Shown here: positions 47,742-52,238 of the stretch, piece by piece | Layout: each line of letters starts with the position of its first letter | Numbering within the stretch: position 1 is the first letter of the stretch | Source: a virus | Lineage: Duplodnaviria > Caudoviricetes | IMG/VR virus record: IMGVR_UViG_3300048554_000415 | Location: 1 to 52,238 of that record | Strand: one strand, 5' to 3' | DNA: 52,238 nt | Notes under the pieces: model-generated | Told to the model about the DNA's origin: nothing | Databases searched by the model: none | The model's input: the letters and a program-made list of their open reading frames with translations, nothing else | Position numbers and translations under genes: made by a program

Positions 47742-49113
47742 AGTAAAAGTACCAGTCTGGATGTTAGACTTTAATGGCACCAGTGCTATTACCAATGACT
47801 GGAAAATGTGGTACAACGGCTATAGCCGACCCAAATTAAAACAATACTTCGCCGACTTCATGCCTCAAATGTTAGAGAACCAAACTCTCAGAGAAATGTG
47901 CATTCCACTAATACCCAACGTTAATGCTAGAGATTATCTTAATTGTTTGACTTTGAATCAGAAGCATGAAAACTTTTTTTATCCAATTGCTATAAGTTGG
48001 TGGATTAACTATCCGGGTTTAATTGAAGCATCAATGGAAATACCTGACTTTATAATAGATAAAATAAAAGATAAAAAAGCAAAAATACTTTTATACAACG
48101 ATAGAGAACAATGGGGATGTACTTGGTGGAGAGAAAATGTATTAGAACCAATCTGTGACAAATATCCTGCTATCCAGTTTGAAGACTTTGCTATTGCTTG
48201 TAACAATCCAGATTTGCGAGGAGTAGAAAGTATTAAACTTATGACAAACCAAGCAATGCCACAAAGTTCAAGTTACTTTTGGTCACATGAACTTATGAGA
48301 GATAGTATTCGAAACAAAATACTAAATCCCACAGCCAATGAACACAACGGCAAAGGAAGTAGACCTTGGAAGTTTGTTTGCTTGCTTCGCAGACCTAGTC
48401 CTGTCAGATGGGCTATAAGTGCAGAGCTAATGCAATATAAATTCGATGATGATGCTTTGATGAGTATGAGTTGTGACATTGAACTTATTCCTCAGAATGG
48501 AATAAAGTTTGAAAAACTAGAAGATGGTTATTATGAATACATGCGAGAAAATTTTTGGGTAGGGAGATGTACAATTCCTGGCTATGATGAAGCACATCAC
48601 AAGTATACTAAAACCAGCGAACTGTTATACAAGTGGGATAAAGAATATCCATTTTGGATTCAAAATGATACTAATCCTTTAACCAATCCTCTTATTGAAG
48701 ATCAGATATGGAAGTTTACAGACAGCTATCTACACATTGTAAGTGAAACATATTTTGTCTCAGAAAAAGAAGGAGTGTGTTTAAGTGAAAAGGTCTTTAA
48801 ACCAATCTGGTATATGCAACCTTTTGTTGTATTTGGGTCAGCACATACACTCAGTGCTTTACGAGAGTTGGGATATAAAACATTTGACAAATGGATAGAC
48901 GAAAGTTACGATACAATCGACGATCAAGTTGAAAGATTCTATTCAGCTATCAGCAGTATTAAAAAGTTTGTGGATCAAGATGCGGAAACATTAGATGAAA
49001 TAATGAAAGAAATATTACCTGTATTAGAACACAATGTACAAGTATTAGATCACAACAATGAACATCTATATAAAGACTTTAAACAAAGCCTTGTCGATTC
49101 ATTGGGAAAGTAA
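47734..49113 (+). CDS. Putative GT-B glycosyltransferase (GT10-like), paralogue of 38952..40421
   Basis: KFVCLLR, SYLHIVSET, LSEKVFKP...QPFVVFG, GYKTF..WIDESYD. ATG at 47734. Confidence 0.55.
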   Translation: MDEVKVPVWMLDFNGTSAITNDWKMWYNGYSRPKLKQYFADFMPQMLENQTLREMCIPLIPNVNARDYLNCLTLNQKHENFFYPIAISWWINYPGLIEASMEIPDFIIDKIKDKKAKILLYNDREQWGCTWWRENVLEPICDKYPAIQFEDFAIACNNPDLRGVESIKLMTNQAMPQSSSYFWSHELMRDSIRNKILNPTANEHNGKGSRPWKFVCLLRRPSPVRWAISAELMQYKFDDDALMSMSCDIELIPQNGIKFEKLEDGYYEYMRENFWVGRCTIPGYDEAHHKYTKTSELLYKWDKEYPFWIQNDTNPLTNPLIEDQIWKFTDSYLHIVSETYFVSEKEGVCLSEKVFKPIWYMQPFVVFGSAHTLSALRELGYKTFDKWIDESYDTIDDQVERFYSAISSIKKFVDQDAETLDEIMKEILPVLEHNVQVLDHNNEHLYKDFKQSLVDSLGK

Positions 49114-50445
49114 ATGGACAAACATACGCTTTTAAATCAATCAAAAGTGTTCTGCATGGCTCCTTGGACTCACATGCATGTATGGCCCAACGGCACAGCT
49201 AAACCATGTTGTGTTACAAATAGTGAACAAAAATACGGTAACACACACGACAATACAATTCAAGAACTATGGAATAGCGAAAGTGCATGTAAGTTAAGAA
49301 GTGACATGCTGGCAGGTAAACCTAATGAATATTGTAATCATTGTTATGCAGTTGAAAAAACAAACCAAGGTAGTTTACGCACAAGTTTAAACAAAAGATT
49401 TGGTGAAGATCATTTTGATAAAGTAAAAATTACCAAAAGTGATGGCAGTCATGACGAACCAAATTTTACATACATGGATATACGTTTTAGTAATATATGT
49501 AATCTAAAATGTAGAACTTGTAATCCAACTTGGAGTAGCAGTTGGTATGACGAATATAAAAAAGTAAATGGCAGTGTACCAGTACAGATAACGCCAAAAA
49601 AATATACACAAATAACAGACAAAGATAAACTACTGGAAGAAATACTAGGGTTAATAGATACTACTGAAGGAGTTAACTGGGCAGGCGGTGAACCGTTTAT
49701 TACAGAAGAACACTGGACTGTTATGGATCACTGGGTCAGTACTGGTAAGGCAAAAGATATAGAAGTTGATTACACCACTAACTTTAGTATGCTCAAGTAT
49801 AAAAAACGAGATTTATTTGAATTGTGGAGTCATTTCAAACAAGTGAGAATACATGCCAGTCTAGACGGAAGTTGGCAAAGAGGAGAATACCTACGCAAAG
49901 GATTAGATTGGCAACAAGTAATTGACAATCGAAAGCGTATGTTAGAACAAGCTCCACATATACAATTTGAGATCATTCCCACAGTGAGCATACTAAATGC
50001 AATGCATTTACCAGACTTTCACAAAGAATGGCTAGAGAATGGCTGGATATACAATGCAGATCATTTTAGATTTAATTTTTTATTTTCACCAAGTGAATTT
50101 TGTTTGAGAAATGCTACCAATCGATACAAAAAGAAAGTGTCTAATAGATGGCGTGAACACAAACAGTGGCTTATTGACAACCAACACAGCAAACCAGATG
50201 ATAGTATAATTCAATGGATTGACGGTTTAGAAAAATTTATGTATGTTAAAGCAGAAAAAGTCAACATGGATAAGCTGTTAACAACTTACGATAGAGTTAG
50301 AGATGAACGCTGGTGGCAGGTATTTCCAGAACTAATGGATAGAGATACATTGGTCAATACAGTTGTTAAGAAAATAAAAAGAAAATATATACGCTATCGT
50401 GTGAATAAACGAATACAGCGTAAGCAAAAATTTATAATGGATTAA
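49114..50445 (+). CDS. Radical SAM protein with N-terminal SPASM/Twitch-like Cys motifs
   Basis: CNLKCRTC, AGGEPF, YTTN, ASLDG. N-terminal FCMAPW..KPCC..CNHCY. Confidence 0.9.
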   Translation: MDKHTLLNQSKVFCMAPWTHMHVWPNGTAKPCCVTNSEQKYGNTHDNTIQELWNSESACKLRSDMLAGKPNEYCNHCYAVEKTNQGSLRTSLNKRFGEDHFDKVKITKSDGSHDEPNFTYMDIRFSNICNLKCRTCNPTWSSSWYDEYKKVNGSVPVQITPKKYTQITDKDKLLEEILGLIDTTEGVNWAGGEPFITEEHWTVMDHWVSTGKAKDIEVDYTTNFSMLKYKKRDLFELWSHFKQVRIHASLDGSWQRGEYLRKGLDWQQVIDNRKRMLEQAPHIQFEIIPTVSILNAMHLPDFHKEWLENGWIYNADHFRFNFLFSPSEFCLRNATNRYKKKVSNRWREHKQWLIDNQHSKPDDSIIQWIDGLEKFMYVKAEKVNMDKLLTTYDRVRDERWWQVFPELMDRDTLVNTVVKKIKRKYIRYRVNKRIQRKQKFIMD

Positions 50446-51121
50446 ACTTGGCTATTTCTTTGACCAAGTGGTCACACAATATTTCATGTGATTCGGGTCC
50501 AAAATGATAATCTGGTTCGTGTTGCATACCGAGATCGTGGCAATGCACAAAAGGAATAATATTAATTCGATCATTTACCCAATCATAATGACCCTTAACA
50601 CTGGGCTGAAAAATATCTACGAACCAACTAAAAAATACACATTTCACATCGAAGTTTTCACATATCTGATGCATAGTTATAATGTCATGAAACACTTTAT
50701 AATCGTTGTATACACTAGTAATCATATGAGGTAATACTGCCGCATCTGCGTTCACTTGCTCGCCGATATACTCACTTAGCCATATGTCGTTGTTGTTTGA
50801 TTTCCAAGTATATGTACCGATATCATCAATAACTCTATGATTACTCAACTCACCGTCTTGCCAACGGGCACTTCTATTAGGAGTACTCCATCCAGTTACA
50901 GCTCTAGCAGGATCTGTTAATTGTATTACAGCAAGTTCCACATCTGGATTGTTTCTAAGTATATAATGAAGTTTTTCTATATACACACCGTTGCCACTGC
51001 CTACGTTAAAGCTGGTGATACCCGGCATGTCGAATCGTCTTGGTAAAATTTGTGCCCATGTGTCTCCCCAAATTTCGTTTGATGCATTGCTGTCTCCTAT
51101 AGTCACCAGTTTACCAGTCAT
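50432..51121 (-). CDS. SGNH hydrolase/acyltransferase-like protein (opposite strand)
   Basis: IGDS, TWAQ, GSGN, QLT...R, DYHFGPESH. Has its own TATAAATA upstream. Confidence 0.7.
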   Translation of the reverse strand: MTGKLVTIGDSNASNEIWGDTWAQILPRRFDMPGITSFNVGSGNGVYIEKLHYILRNNPDVELAVIQLTDPARAVTGWSTPNRSARWQDGELSNHRVIDDIGTYTWKSNNNDIWLSEYIGEQVNADAAVLPHMITSVYNDYKVFHDIITMHQICENFDVKCVFFSWFVDIFQPSVKGHYDWVNDRINIIPFVHCHDLGMQHEPDYHFGPESHEILCDHLVKEIAKFNPL

Positions 51122-51145
51122 GTAAATCCCTTCATTAAGTGCGTA

Positions 51146-51159
51146 GATAAATATTTATA
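51146..51159. promoter_or_regulatory. Bidirectional late promoter on the palindrome ATAAATATTTAT
   Basis: Minus strand TATAAATA (51152-51159) faces the SGNH gene. Plus strand GATAAATA (51146-51153) lies 5 nt before the rpe ATG. Confidence 0.6.
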
Positions 51160-51767
51160 TGAAACTAAGTTTAAGTTATATATGTGATAGACCATACAAT
51201 ATCTATCAAAGCTATGAGAAATTAAAACCACATTACGATATGAGTGTACACATGGACTTTATGGACGGACACTTTGTTCCACGTTTGGGTGTACATCCAG
51301 AAGCAGTAAACGAATTAAGTTATCCTAATTATATTGACATACATGCAATGATAACTTGCAACAACCCAGCATGGGATGACATACTCAAAACACAGGCAAA
51401 CGTAATATTTGCACACTATGAAAGTTTTCACAGTGACCAACAATGTGTTGACTTTTTAACAAGAGATAGTAGACTAAAACTAGCATTCAAACCTTATCAT
51501 ACTATTCAACAAATAGATTCAATTTGTGATAGATTAGATGTAGATGAATTTTTATTAATGGCTTATGCACCAGGTATTAAAGTGCAAGACGCATACTACA
51601 ACTTGGAAACACTAGAAGATACACAACGTCATGTTACAGTAGACGGCGGAGTTACAATAGACACAGTAAGACATTTTAGAGAAGATCCCAAAGTAACATT
51701 GGTAGTAGGTAGTAAAGTATTGTTCAATGAAAACTATGAGGAAAATTTAAATTGCCTAATCTCTTAA
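51159..51767 (+). CDS. rpe: Ribulose-phosphate 3-epimerase family protein
   Basis: HMDFMDGHFVP, DIHAM, HYE, LLMAYAPG, VTVDGGV, VVGS. Confidence 0.85.
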   Translation: MKLSLSYICDRPYNIYQSYEKLKPHYDMSVHMDFMDGHFVPRLGVHPEAVNELSYPNYIDIHAMITCNNPAWDDILKTQANVIFAHYESFHSDQQCVDFLTRDSRLKLAFKPYHTIQQIDSICDRLDVDEFLLMAYAPGIKVQDAYYNLETLEDTQRHVTVDGGVTIDTVRHFREDPKVTLVVGSKVLFNENYEENLNCLIS

Positions 51768-52238
51768 TACCTTGCAGTGGTCCAGGCACTAGAAGTGTTG
51801 GTTATACAAAGTTTCACAAAGCACTAATACGCATAGGCGACAGTGCAGTAATAGATCATATCATTGATAGCTTTACGGATATAGAAAAGATATACATTAC
51901 TCTGGGTTATGAAGCTGAGTATATACGAGAGTATATACAGCATACGGGTCGCAAAAATGTAGAGTTTATTGAGATTGAAAACTGGAATAGCAGTCAGATA
52001 GCCAGCTTTAAACAAATACCCCAACATGTATTTGACGAACCCGTGTATTACAATGCATGTGACAACTGGAGTACACAAGTTCAAAGCGTAAAACACAATA
52101 CCTATTACACCTGTAAACCTGAAAATGATGAATACTATGACACAAGTGAATGGGGTGTTTACAGTGGTATTAGTTTTATAAAAGATTCAAAAGAATATTA
52201 TGATATATTACAAGCAACAGACATAAGCAGAAATGATT
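51752..52238 (+). CDS. Sugar-phosphate nucleotidyltransferase (NTP_transferase family), 3'-truncated by the window
   Basis: Manual translation from TTG 51752: MPNLLIPCSGPGTRSVGYTKFHKALIRIGDSAVIDHII...TLGY...NACD, open to the window end. GxGTR...K motif, GAGG upstream. Absent from the ORF track. Confidence 0.8.
   Translation, partial: MPNLLIPCSGPGTRSVGYTKFHKALIRIGDSAVIDHIIDSFTDIEKIYITLGYEAEYIREYIQHTGRKNVEFIEIENWNSSQIASFKQIPQHVFDEPVYYNACDNWSTQVQSVKHNTYYTCKPENDEYYDTSEWGVYSGISFIKDSKEYYDILQATDISRND

Noticed and set aside
7086-50734. Numerous 60-126 aa antisense or alternate-frame ORFs inside structural and island genes
   Set aside because: Fully nested in longer motif-bearing genes, with composition typical of reverse-frame translation.
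51824-52096. 90-aa minus-strand ORF
   Set aside because: Shadow of the plus-strand nucleotidyltransferase starting at 51752.
1-52238. Stop-codon reassignment, inteins, tRNAs, CRISPR arrays
   Set aside because: Genes are full length and tightly packed under the standard code. No intein splice motifs, cloverleafs or repeat-spacer arrays were seen by eye.

Overview
This is an AT-rich segment (roughly 35% GC by eye) of a large T4-related myovirus genome, read with the standard bacterial code. No CRISPR array, tRNA, rRNA or IS element was seen. It has three blocks. (1) 1-5505, minus strand: gp55-type late sigma factor, gp47/gp46 (Mre11/Rad50-like) nuclease, two small ORFs, a eukaryote-type HAD phosphomannomutase and a short GIY-YIG protein, driven by near-consensus sigma70 promoters. 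A GC-richer, foldable non-coding stretch follows and runs off the left edge. (2) 5605-30429, plus strand: a contractile-tail baseplate operon with TATAAATA-type late promoters. It encodes an HxGH nucleotidyltransferase, tube initiator, gp53, a hub with a C-terminal M15/LAS peptidase, gp5-like spike, an apparently dead lysozyme, gp25, gp6, a 3769-aa wedge/fibre protein, a fibre with an intramolecular chaperone and a Gly-Tyr-rich structural protein. (3) 30494 to the right edge: a tightly coupled glycan-synthesis and tailoring island of more than 21 kb. It encodes about 5 glycosyltransferase-like proteins, 4 radical SAM enzymes with N-terminal SPASM/Twitch-like Cys motifs, 3 SGNH proteins, 2 PhyH dioxygenases, an NDP-sugar dehydrogenase, an RmlC/SDR/Fcl triad, Rpe and a truncated nucleotidyltransferase missing from the ORF track. 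The best candidates for an undescribed system are this island (possibly glycosylating and tailoring the virion itself) and the GIY-YIG protein with its downstream structured RNA. All family assignments come from motif recognition by eye; no database search was run.
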